A DNA stretch of 61,014 bases from Paramecium tetraurelia. Its lineage: Eukaryota. The notes beneath the pieces were generated by a model. That model was not told the DNA's origin, did not search any database, and worked only from the letters and a program-made list of their open reading frames with translations. Position numbers and translations under genes: made by a program. This document shows, piece after piece, positions 28,405-42,724 of the stretch. The stretch spans positions 310,001 to 371,014 of the forward strand of contig CT868651.1 in the NCBI GenBank assembly GCA_000165425.1. The letters are read 5' to 3'. Every line of letters starts with the position of its first letter. Positions within the stretch are counted from its first letter, which is position 1.

Positions 28405-29753
28405 TCATAATTATAACTTCTATTAGACAGATCTTGGGGTAGTAAGAGTTTTAAATGATATAGGTTTTTATGGTATTTTTGATTTGATGTTATTACTTAT
28501 TTAATGACAAGTCTTTGCTCCAATATTCCTAGTTGATAAAAGGTTGTTGTTAGGTTTTCTGATAACATATACATAAGATATTACCTTGATGAAGTGTCGT
28601 GGAAGGTCTGAGTCTTGCCTACTTTGCTATTGGATTTAGGTGTCATTTTGGAAGTACATTAAGTCTTCATATTTCTGGGAGATTTGAAAAAGTTTTCCTT
28701 TTTATCTTCACCAAAATGCACACTCTTGATTTCTCTGGAGGGATCTTTATTTTTCACCGCAGTTCTTTTTTTTAATTAGATCTTTTCATTTACTCTTTTA
28801 TGTACTTCATAAATATATAATTTACATTAATCTAAGATTTGTTGATGTTTGAGTTTTGGTTTTGGTGGATCCAATTCACCACATTAATCAGGATGAATGA
28901 TTTTTAACTGTCTTTTTTAAGATGTTATCAATTATTTAATATTTTTCATTTTATCGGTTGTAAGAATTTGTTATAATTTGAATTCTTTGATGATGTTATT
29001 ATTATCTTATTGTCTTTCAGTCTTTAATTTTTCAATTTTCAAGAGTTGTTGATGAATATCATTGTTATTGTTCACTTTACGATTTTGTTTATCTTAATTG
29101 TGTTTTGAATAAGAAGGAGTATTTTGTAATTCATCAAGTACATTTCCAACAATGATTCCACTTTCAATGGTGTGAGAAGGAGGTGTGCTTTCTGTTTAGA
29201 TTGGCTAATCTCCTACTATGCCTTTGGGGGGTTTTTCTGGATTGTTTTTGTTCTCCTCATCGATTATTTTCTAAATTTTGTAATATTCGAGCTTTCTTTT
29301 TTAATTGTAATATTCATTCAAAATATTAACAATGGAACCTGATACGGCCCATCTAGGTAAATCATTGTGAAACTAAGAGGTTAAATAAATTATTACTTTG
29401 TAAAATTCTGTTAGAACTTCCATTTTATTATCTAAACAATGAGGTTGATATACTTTTTTCATATACTCAACATCTTCATCCAACAACACTAAGTCCTATT
29501 TAAATATTGTGAATATGTACTTTGAACACTATGTTCGGTTTGGTGGGTTGATCCAAAATGATTTCATTGATATCCTTTGTAAAATAGTAATTTTGTGATT
29601 CAGCATATTTATTATAAAGAGAATTAGTGATCCTCTCTGGTAAGGATACTTTCTTGATAATTAATTTAATTTCAGTCTACCTTTACACTGCATTTCTTCG
29701 AAGTTATTGCCATATAAAGTCATCCGAATCGGCTAACAGAAAAGACAATTCAT
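28405..29753 (-). CDS. Hypothetical protein, ciliate-type conserved N-domain and low-complexity tail
   Basis: YNKYAESQNYYFTKDINEII..EYMKKVY..LTEFYKFHNDLPRW..KRKLEYYKIQKII after removing short introns. 3' end approximate. Confidence 0.7.
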
Positions 29754-29802
29754 TTAATTAAAAAAATTATTAACAATAATTAAAAGAAAAAACAATATAT
29801 CT

Positions 29803-30686
29803 TCATTTTCTCAAAGCAATGCTATTGCTTTTTAACTACTTTTAATTAACAATCTTTCCTGGTTGTCTTAAAATCATAGTGATAGATCTCTCTCTAGTTT
29901 ATTGCACAATTGGTATATCCCCTTAGGACCCTTGTTTATTAAATGATTATCTAACAATACATCCTTACTTTTGAGACATCTAGGGTCTAGCTAACTTATA
30001 CTATCATAAAATTACTTGGGATTTGAATTGTAGAAAGTATTATTGTGATTATGAAAACTATTATTGTTATTGTTATTATTGACTCTTCTCTTATTTGTAA
30101 TTTATGAAATAAGAGCAGGTAAATCCAATTCTAATAATTTCTATGCCATAGATTAATTCTAGAAATTATCAATTGATGAATAGTTGACATTGGAGACTCT
30201 CTTTGGCTAATAGGGTTATTTTTCTAGATTGTAATTAATACAAATAATTACATGTATTGGACTTAATTTGTTATTGTTAACTAGATTTCTGCTTTTGAAG
30301 ATACTCAAAACTTTCATTTACATTTTTTTTTATATTCCCTCTATCTTTTTCTGTCACTTCCGTTGTGATTGTAAAAGAATTACGATTTCTATTTTCTTTT
30401 TCTGACAAATTCCATTTGTTTAACTGTCTTCTTTCACCTTCGTTGGTATTCAAAGTTTCGAAAGTGACTGTGTGTTGTTTTCTTAACGACTGTGTGGCTT
30501 CTGGGATTTATTAGAATTCCTGGGGAGTATCACTATCGAATAAATTAGGAGCTCTTATGCTTAAGATCTATTAGGCTTGTAAGCATAAGTTACTGAGCTG
30601 TTTTGCTAATCCATTTTTATGAACTCATCCTCATCTGATGATGAGCTATTCTCTGAGGAGATATCAAACACTATGTTTTGTTACAT
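29803..30686 (-). CDS. Hypothetical low-complexity protein
   Basis: MQQNIVFDISSENSSSSDEDEF... largely open under code 6. Stop approximate. Confidence 0.55.
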
Positions 30687-31003
30687 TTTAAATTAATTAT
30701 TTATAAAATAGCAGTTAATTTGATCTTGTTATGGCCATCATTTAAATCAACTTGTTTCTATGATTTGAAAAGGATCCATATTATAATGCAAGTAAATTAC
30801 AGGTTGTAGAACACTTTAATAAAATTAAAAATAGGTTCTCTCAGGTTTATATCCTAATAGTATTAGATCTATTATAATATATTAATGTAAAATATAATAC
30901 ATTTGAATTTTTGATGTTGTAATGAGAACTTAATAGTAGAAGTTACGACATAATTATTTTTTGATTCTTCTGTTATTGATTACTTTATTAATAATTATTT
31001 CAT

Positions 31004-32394
31004 ATGGAGATGTTTGATGATACAATAAGAGAATTATTGAGTAAAAACAAGGATATTGCAAAAATTGTAGATTTAGAAAAGCTCTCCTAGCAACCAGGGT
31101 TTAGGATTGAGCAAAATAACAGCTACGTTTATATAGGATAGGTGTAAAATGGAATGAAGCATGGAACAGGTAGTTTTGGGAATTTTATATATAGGTATTT
31201 TAAAACTTTTAGACTCCTTAAGAATTTATGTGGGAGAATGGCAAAACGATAAAAAATGTGGGCTTGCGTATGAGAAATTCTAAAGCGGAGCTGAGTATTT
31301 CGGGAATTACAATAACAATAAATAAAATGGTTATGGAGAATATGTTTGGGCTAATGGCGAGAGCTACAAAGGAAATTGGGTAGAGGGCAAGAAGTGTGGT
31401 TATGGAGAATGGTTTGGATAAAATACTTCGTATAAGGGTGAGTGGAATAATGGATTTGTTGAAGGAAAGGGAGTGTATTAATCTGAAAATGGTATTTTTG
31501 AGCTCATAAGTCAGGGGATTAATATACAGGAGACTTTTTGCAATCAATGAAGCATGGATTAGGGGAGGAATTATTTGCTAATGGAGACAAATATGCAGGC
31601 AGTTTTAAAAGTGGGAAGCCAGATGGCTATGGAGAATATTATTGGAAAAATGGAAGTTTATATTAAGGTACAGTTTGATTTCATTGAAGGTTTCTTCATG
31701 GATGGCATGAGACATGGGCATGGAGTTTGGCAATCTAATACTCAAGGTAAAATTGATAGGTACGAGGGAGCATATTCTAACGATAAAAAAAGTGGATACG
31801 GAGAGTTTGTGTGGTCCAACGGAACTGTCTATAAAGGAAATTATTTTGATGATTATAGGTAGGGGTATGGTGAGATGTATTAAAATGGAGTTATCTTTTA
31901 TAAAAGGAGAGTGGGATCGAGGAGTCTAAGTGGAAAAATCAAATACAAGATTTAGATTTTAATAGAAAATGAAGACTCAAGAAACAACAACCAGGAAATG
32001 GAAGTTCAACAACATAGATGAAATTTAAGAATTAGAAGAAGAAACTGTAACATCCGGAGCTGAAGCAAAAAACGAGAATAATCTCAAAACTATCTAGAAG
32101 AGTTCTCAATAATGTCGTTTGAAGACCTTAAATGTTGAGAGTAAACCATAAAATAATGATTATACTCCCATGAAACGAAGTCTTTAGTTATAAAAAAAGG
32201 CTCCACCTGTAATTTAAACGAGAAGTCGAACGCAATCTATGGGCAGTTGTAAAATACCAATTCTATAATAAAAATAAAGATCAAATTCGAATTAGATTAC
32301 TAACAACTAAAAAATTGAATAACTAGTTAAATTGTCTCCTTATAAGCAAACCCTTAGAAGTGGAAGATTTAAATTATAGAAAATATAACTATGA
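31004..32394 (+). CDS. MORN-repeat protein
   Basis: About ten MORN units (GDKYAGSFKSGKPDGYGEYYWKNG, RYEGAYSNDKKSGYGEFVWSNGTVYKGNYFDD). TGA at 32392-32394. Confidence 0.9.
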
Positions 32395-32445
32395 AATCAA
32401 ATCTGATATCATCTTTGTGAATATAGTAATAAAGTTTTTAACTAA

Positions 32446-33222
32446 TCATTATTATTATAATCTTTATCTACAAACAGGACATGTATCATTTATTTCAGCC
32501 CATGGCCGAATACAATCTGAATGAAATACATGATTTGGATTGCAGGATAATGTAACAATTAGATCATCGTTATCATAAGGTTATAAACAAATATAGCAAG
32601 GTTAGAAGGTTTGGCTATTCAAATCAGAATATTTGATTTAAGTTCCTATTAATCTAATTGCTTGTTCTTATCTTCTTCTTTCTTCTTCTCTTCTCTAACG
32701 ATTAACTCTATATATAAAAAAGGGCATTATAAAACATATAGCAAGCAAACCAAAAGCAAATATTGCTAATACAATCCATCCAAAAAGTAATTGAACAACT
32801 AAAATCCATTTACTAAGCAAGAGCGTATTTTACAGCAACACGACATTCCCTAACCCAAACATTATGATATAGACAAATTCATTGCATTTGCTTAATGCTC
32901 CATGATTTCCCTTTACTGCAGCCCAAACATCTATTTAATCATTTAATTGTTCAATAAATTATCTTGAGCCTTCTGAGATTATGTCTACAGTTTTTCTTAT
33001 TTTGATAACACTAAATAGATGAAACGAGTATTGTAACAATCTCCAAATCAAATAAAAAATCGATGCCTTTTAATATTCATACAACCAAGGTAATGAAATA
33101 TAAATTATGACAATGATTAATTAGATATTTAAGTACAATTAAATTAAATTTAGTGAACTGCTGATCTTTTTACACTACTCTTAGATTTCTACTAGTCTTT
33201 CTGAAATGATTAATTCATCCAT
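32446..33222 (-). CDS. Transmembrane RING-H2 E3 ubiquitin ligase
   Basis: Several hydrophobic helices, then [44 protein letters not shown]. Confidence 0.9.
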
Positions 33223-34074
33223 TTTAATAAAATATAAATAAATTATATAAACTATTCAGTCTCAATTCCAACACTCATTAAATGATAAGAGAATATTTTT
33301 TTTATATATCTTTATTAAATCAATCAATAGTATTAAATATATTTTCTAAATTCAAGTATACGGGATTAATTTAAGATCAATCTTAATAAATAACAAAACT
33401 TATGATATTCATATAAGAAACTACTTTTAAGCATTTTCTACTATTTGCTGAAATTTGAACACTTCATTGTATGGTACCAATACATTTAGAGATAGATTTG
33501 ATGTGGTGCTATCAATCTCAAATTCTAATCATTGTTATTCAAAAAATCTTTTTGCAAGTTACTAATCTAACAATCTAATTTTATTATGAAAGTCACTAAA
33601 ATTGATGTATTTATGATTTAAATGAGATTCAAGTTTCATTAAGAATTGCTTCAATAGAAGTTGAGATTCTGATTTTTGTAATTTAATAAGATTTGTTCTT
33701 ATCATCCTGAAATATAGAATTTCTCAGGCTATATTAAACTGTGATTATTCTCGTGGTAAATCAAATAAATTAAAAAAATATCTATGTTAAGTAATTTTAT
33801 GGATTTGGAACCGATATGAAATCATTCTTTAAAATTTGCATTTTTTATTCAAAATGGATTTATAAGCAATAGTTTTTAGTGATTATGTGGGAAGATTTGG
33901 GTAAGCTCAATAAAGCTAAGTTTATTAATATATTATCACCAAAGATTATCTTAGTCTTGAGGTATATCAGTTATTAGAAGGTGGATTCATAATGAAAAGG
34001 GAATATTTGAAAGTAATATAAATTAATAATATCTTAATTAAAATATAATTATTGAATTGTGAAAAATGCAAGAA

Positions 34075-36042
34075 TCAAACCATCCAACCACTTTTAACGG
34101 CAACTTCAAATTCTCTATCATCAGTTACACAAAAACTCATTATGTGATAATATTATTCAAATTCTTATTACGATACATTATTAGAGTTAAATAACTGATG
34201 ATGGCTATCAAAAGTATCTAGGAAATCTATCAAGACTTCATCATCAGACATTTTTTGTCGAGGTCTAGCAAGAAAGTTTTCTAGAGATATATTATTTGAT
34301 ACTTTTCATATCCTAAAAATTAGTTGACTATAATTTTCTGTAGGCCATTTGAACTAAATTCAACCTCCAATTTTAGAATTCCCCTAAAATCTTTTCTAAA
34401 AATGCTGCCATAGAAATTTCATTTTCTATAATATAATTTTGTATTTAATACTTTGATTTAAGATCTATTTAATGTATTATTGATTAACTTAAATTCTTAT
34501 GGAGTTGAATCCACCATATACCCCTTATGCATCATATCTAGTAATATTTCTTAACATATAAATTATGCCTCTATATCCTTTAGATTTCAACTTCTCTAAT
34601 ACATTATCAATTTTTTATAATTATTATTAGGCATAGGTTAACCCTGCAGGATTGATATTTTATTATCTTTAACCCTATTAGCTGCTTAAAGGCCTTAATG
34701 CAGTGCTATAATCTGTTTTTTCAGCGCTGGTTCCAAATGGTGCATATTGAGCTACACTAGTAGTTTATTATTAAGGTGGCCTAACATATGTAAACACATT
34801 GATGAGATTGTTTTCAAATTAATCAGGTTGACAAGCATACAGAATATGGCAATATTCATAAAATTCTGCAAATGTAACACTCTTGCTTCCCATTTTATGA
34901 TGAGCATCATACGAATCTAAGAACTCTGCAAGTTATTCAGTTTCACTCTTTATCTATTTTTTAACATCTGGATGATTTCTTGCTTGATAACATTATTTTA
35001 ATAATTAATATGGTATTATTCCATCCATGTCGATGTCCATTTATTCAAATATCTATTTAACAAGATTAGGTTAATCAAATGCTCCTAGCAATTCAATGAA
35101 GAAATCTTAGATGTTCACGCCTCCAATTTATTAAGGAAATCTGTAATCTCTCAAGACCTTCTAGACTTACTTCTCAGTCAAATAACCATCTTAATCATCG
35201 TCTGCTTGAAGCAATAACTTTTTTAAATTGATAAAAGCCTTTGGTCCTTTTTTAACGAGTGCTGTTCTCAATTCCGTTAAATCCAATTCATTAAAATCTA
35301 ACTTTCTAATTGGAGTATAAATTGTGCTTCTTTCTCCCAACCATTAAGCCTTGATATTGCCTAATTCAAGAATGTGATTGAATTCATCAAATTAACCTTG
35401 TGTTAAGAATTTGATATTCTTGAATTTCATAAAGCTTTGCAAATATTTTCTGATTTTTGTCTTGTCTCCTTTAAACATGTCTATTATTTAATCGATATTA
35501 AATGAATCCACTTTGAAACCACTAGGTTTAACAACACCTCTAAATGCTTCTACTACCTCTTCTATTCTTACAACATTGTTTTAATTGAAATATTGGAATA
35601 GAGCTCTAACTTTCTCTTCAGGATATTAATAAAATAAGTATTTAAATTATGCGAAGTTATATTCTTTGGAATGCAATTGCTCCAGCCAATCAAAAAACAA
35701 ATCTAAACCATTTTCCCACATTTTTTTTTAAAAATAGAATACTGCTGATTCTGGTGATTAGTACACTCTCTAAATAAAACTTTTGTAATTCAATTGTCCG
35801 TTCTACTGATAATATTTGAATAGAGAAGTGATTTGCTATGTAATATTATAATTATATACATCTTTGGGAAGAGTGATACCAACTTTTTCTAATACAGCTT
35901 CAAATTGTTATTAATTGACAACATTCGATTATTTAAGGTCATAGTATTGAAATGATTTTAATAATGTTTGTTCTTCATGAGGGGATTTCAGACTCAACCT
36001 TTTTTTTAATTCGCTTTCAAATTATGCTCTAGATTCTGCCAT
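34075..36042 (-). CDS. Multi-EF-hand calcyphosin-like protein
   Basis: EQTLLKSFQYYDLK, repeated degenerate EF hands, calcyphosin-type HPDVK...EFLDSYD..VTFAEFYEY, and C-terminal DDREFEVAVKSGWMV*. Confidence 0.75.
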
Positions 36043-37191
36043 GCTTAAACTATAACAGAAATAATAATAATAAAATTTTATTTTTATATCATTTGAAATA
36101 GTGGTTATTATATCTATTATTGATTTATATCTCTAAATTATTGCTATTTATCCAATGGATTTGTTAATATTTATACTTATGAGTTAATAAAATAATGTTC
36201 TATATATGATTATTTAATATAATTATTGTTTCATATATTAATAATTAAGGAAATCAATAGACTAGATACTTTCAATAGATTGAAAGAAAATAACTTCACT
36301 TTCTTAACTGATCATTATTTAAATAGTAAGGAAATATTAGGGCATATAGTAAATTGATTCCTAAATCCTGTCTTAGCCGTGTAAATTAAACAAATAATTG
36401 TTAGTTACTTCAAAAATAAATATTGGTATTGTCAAAACTTGAGAAATTATGATTAAATTAGATGGAAACGGAAAGTAGTTAAGTATATTAAAAGATTCTA
36501 TGATAAATTGATCAGAAAAACTCTAGTTTTAATAGTTCTTAATTATAATATTATAAAGTTCTATTGAATATTTGAAAATATGGATCAACCTAGGAAAGTG
36601 TTGCCATAAATGAAAGATTTTATAAATTTAATAAAATATAAATACTAATTTGATTATAATTTAAATTTGCGAATATTTTTGTTGGTTGGATTATTGTGAA
36701 TAAATTGAAAAGAATGCAATTGCTTAATCTATTCTACAATAAATTGACTTAAATCATGAAATTGTCGGTAGTAAATGAGATAAACACATTGCTTAGGAAA
36801 AAGCTCATAAATTTAAGAGTAGCTTATTTACAATTTGATTCATTTTTGTTTTATTCTATCATAAGATTCAATGCTGATGTTTATTAAAACTTGTAATAGA
36901 AATATATAGTACCCATTTGAGAAATACAAACTAATTCAAAGAGTGAACTTTAGCTAAATCGAGAAAGGATATCGTTAGACATAAATGTTGATGGAATCAC
37001 TATGGTAAATTAAAACAATTTGAAAAATTTGAATTTTAAATTTCAACTTCATAGGTCCATTTAAGATTTATTGAGAAACAAATGAAATATGGATTAAGGA
37101 CAATGAAATTAGTTTAGTACAATATATTCAAAACTGATTATAAAATTTCACAATCAATTCATGATATTTGACATTTTTTAACATAAATTTA

Positions 37192-37868
37192 ATGTAATTA
37201 GAGAAATCAATTCGGAAACAATTAATCTTGCCCAAGGTTGAGGGTTGCATTAAATTAGAAATCGACACTCAATTGGATTCTCCAAAACAAAGTACGATTA
37301 CATTTTAATGTAAGGGGATTGGGCCTATACAGCGAGATCAGGAGGATCTAATGGAATCGGTAGTAGTAATGCGATCACCACGATCACGATTTCTTCAGGC
37401 AGGAGAATACAATTGTATACTCCGATGTAAGAAAGCAAGAGAGCTTAGAGATTAAAGAATATTCCTTATGAGTTATAATATTTCCAAACTAGTTTACCAA
37501 CAAAAAGCTTTAAATCTAGTCATCTTATGAATGAAGAATTGCTTAAAAAGCCAAAAGAATAAATTGAAAATAAATAGAGATGGCAGTTGCATTCTCACTT
37601 TAATAAGATGAATCTAGCTTTAACTGAGTATCAGATCAAAAGATTTGAAAGATGTTTAAAAAAAACTGAATCGACATACGATGTGAATACAATAAAGAAA
37701 CTAAATGAGGAAAACATAGAGAAGGAAAAACAAAAAGTAATACTATAAATAGATTATTAGAGAAACACACAATATAAACAAGCTACTCAAGATCTAATAA
37801 ACTCTTTTACAAAAAAATTCAACATCAAAGCATTATATAATGATCTTTAAACAAACTAATAATAATGA
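37192..37868 (+). CDS. Hypothetical protein
   Basis: ATG at 37192. Removing one 23-nt intron near 37292-37314 gives a frame open to TGA at 37866-37868. Confidence 0.65.
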
Positions 37869-38213
37869 TTTTACACTTTGATTAAATATTTATATTAATT
37901 GCTTTATTCTAATCCACTTTTCATAGAGTTTGAATAGAGAAATAATTTACTTCGGAATTGAATTTAAAATTGATGATATTTGATAACAGATAAAATTTTC
38001 TAATTGAAAAACCTTCATTTAAATTGATGAATAATAAATCCAATAATAATAACTTTTGAACAACAAATATCGTTATTTATTATGAAGATGGTTTGTTTAC
38101 CATATTTCTTATTTTAACTACATAAAGTAGAGATTCTCTCCATCCACATTTTGAACAAAGTGATCTAAAATGAGTGCAATAAATAATTTTAAACTTTATT
38201 ATTATAATTAATA

Positions 38214-40882
38214 ATGAAAAACCTTTATGGTTATTTTATCATCTCCATTGCAATCTCTATTCTAAATATAATTGCATAAGTCGAAATAATTTAAATCGTA
38301 AGACTGGCTTGTTGTGTTCTAAATATAATTGCTATAAGGATCGATAAATTCGTGTTATATGGACTAACTTTAAATAAGATAATATTGTTTTTGGTTGGAG
38401 TGCTCACTTAATAAAATGAAAGCATCTTTTAAATTATCCTCGATGATCATTTCCTTCCCCCTTAATTAAATAATAGACTGCTTATACTCTTATGGAAAGT
38501 TGTCAGTGGCTTAGCCTCCACGCTACTAGTCTGTTTGAAATATCAAAATGAGGACCTTATTACTCTCCCAGCAACAGTACTAATACCATTAATGTATTTC
38601 CTGCCGTAATCTCAATAACTTTTTGAAGAATACTTCTCCTCTAAAAATGAAAAAGAATAATTATACTCAAGTCCTAGACCCCCAATTACTAAAGAGTACT
38701 TTCGTATTCGTTCCAGGGTTGAAGAAATTGAATTCAACCCCATGACTTTAGATTAAAATAATACTTTAGATATCAACTAATTAATGCGTCGCATAGCATC
38801 TAGTTAGGATAGGTAATTTGTACTATAAGAGATAAGCCTATTTAACGAATAAGTTTGGAAATTAAGAATGAACGCTATGCCCATAGGTATATGCATAATA
38901 AGCAACGAAATTAAGCCAAAATTTATGAACAACACATTAATAAATATGATAAAAAAGAACTTCATTGAGTAGGGCGATAATAGCCTTGAATAAATATACT
39001 CCCTGTTTATGAATCAACTTTAATTCAAAAGAATTGATTATGTAGGACCCTATGATTTACCTCATTCAGCTATATTTAAGAATGAAAGATTTCACATCAA
39101 AAATCAATAATAACAAGGTTCAAGTCTGTTTGAAGATGAATAGTATTGTTTGAAAGACCTAATATGTAAAATAGAAGAAGGGTAGCTAGATCGATGCTTG
39201 AATGATGAGGAGTAAATTATTGAGCTATTTTCTACTTTCGAAAGTCCAAATAATAAAAGGCAAGTGTTTTTCGATTGTAGAGTTTTATTTTAGGAGAAAT
39301 AAAAAATCGACTATATGGTTATAATTTAGGATGTTACCAAATAAAATGAATTATCAAAATTGGAAGAAAAAAATAAATTCAAAACCAAAGTAGTGTAATC
39401 ATTCTCGCATGAATTGCGAACTCCGTTAAATAGCGCAACTATATTTTTGCAAACAGCAATTGGAGATACGAAATTAGATAGATTAATTAAGGACTAGTAT
39501 TTACAACCATGTTTGGCGGCTTTAAAATTATAAAATCATTTAATTAATGATATCATAGATTTTAGTCAAATAAATGCAAAATTATTAGATCTTAAATTCA
39601 GTTAATTTAATTTATAAAGGATAATTAATGAAATAACTGAATAATTTAAATTTCAATTCCAATTTAAGAAAATAGGTCTTGCCTTCGAAATTAGCAGACC
39701 TATGTCTCTCTTAACCTAAATAAAAACAGATTACTAAAGATTATTATAAGTCTTAACAAATATCATTTAAAACGCACTAACCTACTCAGAAACTGGGTAT
39801 GTGTTGGTGAGGATAGACAGTTATGATCTAAATGAGATTGAATTCTCAATTTAGGATGAAGGAATAGGATTAACAATGAAATAACTTACTTCAATTAGAT
39901 AGATAATAAATTAGGAACAATAGACTACTACAAGATCATAATAATGGCAAGGATTTGGACTGATAATTTGCTAGATGTTGTTACGATACTTATCTCCAAT
40001 TAATCGAAATAGTGTTTAGATTGAATCAGATGGTTAGGATGCAGGAACTACTGTTAAGTTTATTATTTCAAATCATGTATCAGCTTAAACATAAGAATAA
40101 GCGTATGGTTAGTAATCAAAGAAATCGTTTTCAAGAATGAGAAGCATGCCTACTTTAAGAGCTGAATATGGATTGTTGATTAGCGTTAAATCAAAATCTC
40201 CAAGCAAAATTTTATTGTCAAAAACGAGGGAATAGGATGAATGTGACTTATCAAGTGCTTCAATTAGAGAGATATCTGGTAAAATACATAGGTATGAATT
40301 GAAACATTGTTCAATTGAACTATTAAACTAAAGAAAGTTTTCATGCGTTACTCCACAATAAAAAAGCAGCATCTAAAGAAATACTGCTAATAAATTAAGT
40401 ATTAGATAATCTTCATAGTAACTGTCATTCAAAGAGACTGGATCAACTCTTCTGTGTTGTAATACTATTTTAAGTGTCGATGATGAGGTTTTTAACTAAA
40501 AATCCCTACAATTGCTTCTGGGCTAACAAGGAATGAATGTGGATATTGTATAAATATTTTTATGTCAAGTTAGGTATTTAATGGTAGGTAAGCATTAGAG
40601 AAAGTCTAAAATCCTACCAAATGCTGCTCTACTTGTCCTGGCTATAAGATGATTCTTATGGATTGTTAAATGCCTATAATGGATGGATGGAAAACAACCG
40701 GGATGCTAATATAAATGATGCAAAATCAACAAATACCTAAAATTCCAATCATTGGCCTAACTGCGTTCACAAGTAATGAAGATATGGAGAAATGCAAAAA
40801 AGCCGGAATGTTGCATATACTTCACAAACCACTAGACATTTAAAAGTTTTAATTCATTTTAACAGAACTTCGTATAATTTGA
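38214..40882 (+). CDS. Membrane-anchored hybrid sensor histidine kinase (HisKA, HATPase, receiver)
   Basis: N-terminal TM segments. H-box SFSHELRTPLN, N-box RLLQVLTNIIQNALTYS, G1 IQDEGIG, G2 GFGLIIC. Receiver ILSVDDE..MILMDCQMPIMDG..PIIGLTA..HKP. Confidence 0.93.
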
Positions 40883-41331
40883 TTTATAATTATTTATTAA
40901 TTATGATTATAGCCAATTACTAATGGATACTATTACTATCAAGAATCTTTTGATTTATGAAGACAAATATAATTTGGATTGGTGTTGAATTTAAATTAGG
41001 ATTTACAATTTGAGCCAATGCAAAATACCTTTAAGTGAGTCTATCCAACTGACTTTTGTTATAATATAATTGATTTTAAATATACAACATATCGAAATTT
41101 AATTATTTACTCTTTACAAAAACGTTATTTTGCTCATTCAGTATTCTGTCCTAAAATGTATTTCAATTCCTCTGAAATTAAGAGCAAAGACAGTGCCAAC
41201 CTACAACTTGCTTTCAGGATAATTTACGGTGTTCTCTATTGTAAAATTTAGATGTTAAGTTATGTATTGGTTTCAATTATTTAAAAGCCTTATGAAAATA
41301 TCGTTTTTATTTATTTCTTAATAAAAAAAAA

Positions 41332-42657
41332 ATGAAATTGGTTATTGGTTTAGCTATTTTATTGACATTGAGCAGTTGTGCCTCATTCTTGGAAGAATAG
41401 CAGCCCCTTGAAAATAAAATATATAAGATAAAGCTCGATAGAACAGAGTCATAAGCTAAAAAGTCATTATTTGATTTCATCACAACAAGCTAATAATACA
41501 GGAATTCTCCTGATATATTAGATGGATCAGACATGGCTATGGCATAAACACAATAAAAGGAGTCTATAAAGTTGTATAATTTTAAGAATACATAATACAC
41601 CGGAGAAATAGGACTAGGTGATTAAGGGAATAAATTTAAAGTAAACATTTTAGCTATTTAGGTTATCTTTGATACAGGATCTGCTAACATTTGGTTGAAT
41701 TCAGCTAGATGTAATGACTATGGATGCAAAAATCATAAACAATATGATGGCTCAAAGAGTGCTACATATGAGCATTTGGGATATGATCTAGACGTTGAAT
41801 TTGGTACTGGTGAATTGATGGGTGAAGTAAGAAATTTGCTAAATAATAGATCAATGCAGATACTGCTTTTGTGGGTGGTGTGAAGATAGCAAAATAAGAA
41901 TTTGCTGAAATTGTAAGAGAGAATGGTGATGTGTTTGCTTAATCTGATTTTGATGGCATTGTTGGATTAGCATATCCTTCTATGGCCGCATATAACTTCA
42001 ATCCATTGTTTGATAATATCATAAAATAGAAATTGTTGGACAGAAATGTGTTTTCTTTCTATTTTTCAAGACAGGAAGGTTCAAGATCATCTGAATTAAC
42101 TTTTGGTGGATGGGATACTGATCACTTTTAGGGAGAGTTACATTTTCACAATGTTGTAAATAAATATTATTGGTTATTGGATGCTGATAATATTTTAGTA
42201 AATGGATAAGATCTTGGATTATGCAAACATGGCTGCAAAGTAGTTGCTGATACTGGTACTTCTTTATTGACTGGACCATCAGATGATTTATACGGCTTAT
42301 TGGGTATATTTTAATAATATAAACAAAGACACTTTGAACATCGATGAAAATTGTAAAAATGTCAAGGAATTGCCAAAGTTAACATTTGTTTTAGATGGAA
42401 TTAATTATGATTTGGATGCTAACGATTACGTGATGAAGATTGACTCCTAAGGAAATGAAGTTGCTTATGATACATTTGCAAGTAGCGACAGCTTTGTTGA
42501 AATGGGGGCTAATTGTCAATGTGTCGGATCATTCATGCCTTTGGATATTCCATCACCTAATGGTCCAGCCTGGATTTTGGGTGACACTTTCCTTAGCAAA
42601 TTTTATTCAGTCTATGACAGAGACAATGATAGAGTTGGCTTCGCAAGAGCAAAATGA
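41332..42657 (+). CDS. Secreted pepsin/cathepsin D-like aspartic protease (A1)
   Basis: Signal peptide [16 protein letters not shown]. Catalytic [11 protein letters not shown] and [12 protein letters not shown], plus [10 protein letters not shown] and [25 protein letters not shown]. Confidence 0.96.
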
Positions 42658-42724
42658 TATACATATTCTATCAAGAATTTAAGAACAATTTATTATTATT
42701 TTGAATAATCTTGTATTAATATCA

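Noticed and set aside
6742..33222. Apparent cluster of trafficking genes (LITAF, TTRAY-like, COG3, RING ligase)
   Set aside because: They are interspersed with unrelated genes on both strands, with no evidence of functional clustering.
33340..33710. Minus-strand frame with an internal TGA at 33531-33529 (selenocysteine or readthrough?)
   Set aside because: No redox motif or recognisable SECIS, and other frames are similarly open by chance because only one stop codon exists. At best a pseudogene remnant.
36060..37180. 1.1-kb gene-free stretch with coding-like fragments
   Set aside because: Frames I tried are interrupted by TGA and I could not build a consistent spliced gene or recognise a domain.
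38214..40882. Histidine kinase as bacterial contamination or recent horizontal transfer
   Set aside because: It uses TAA/TAG as Gln, has a tiny spliceosomal intron near 40548-40573 and matches host base composition.
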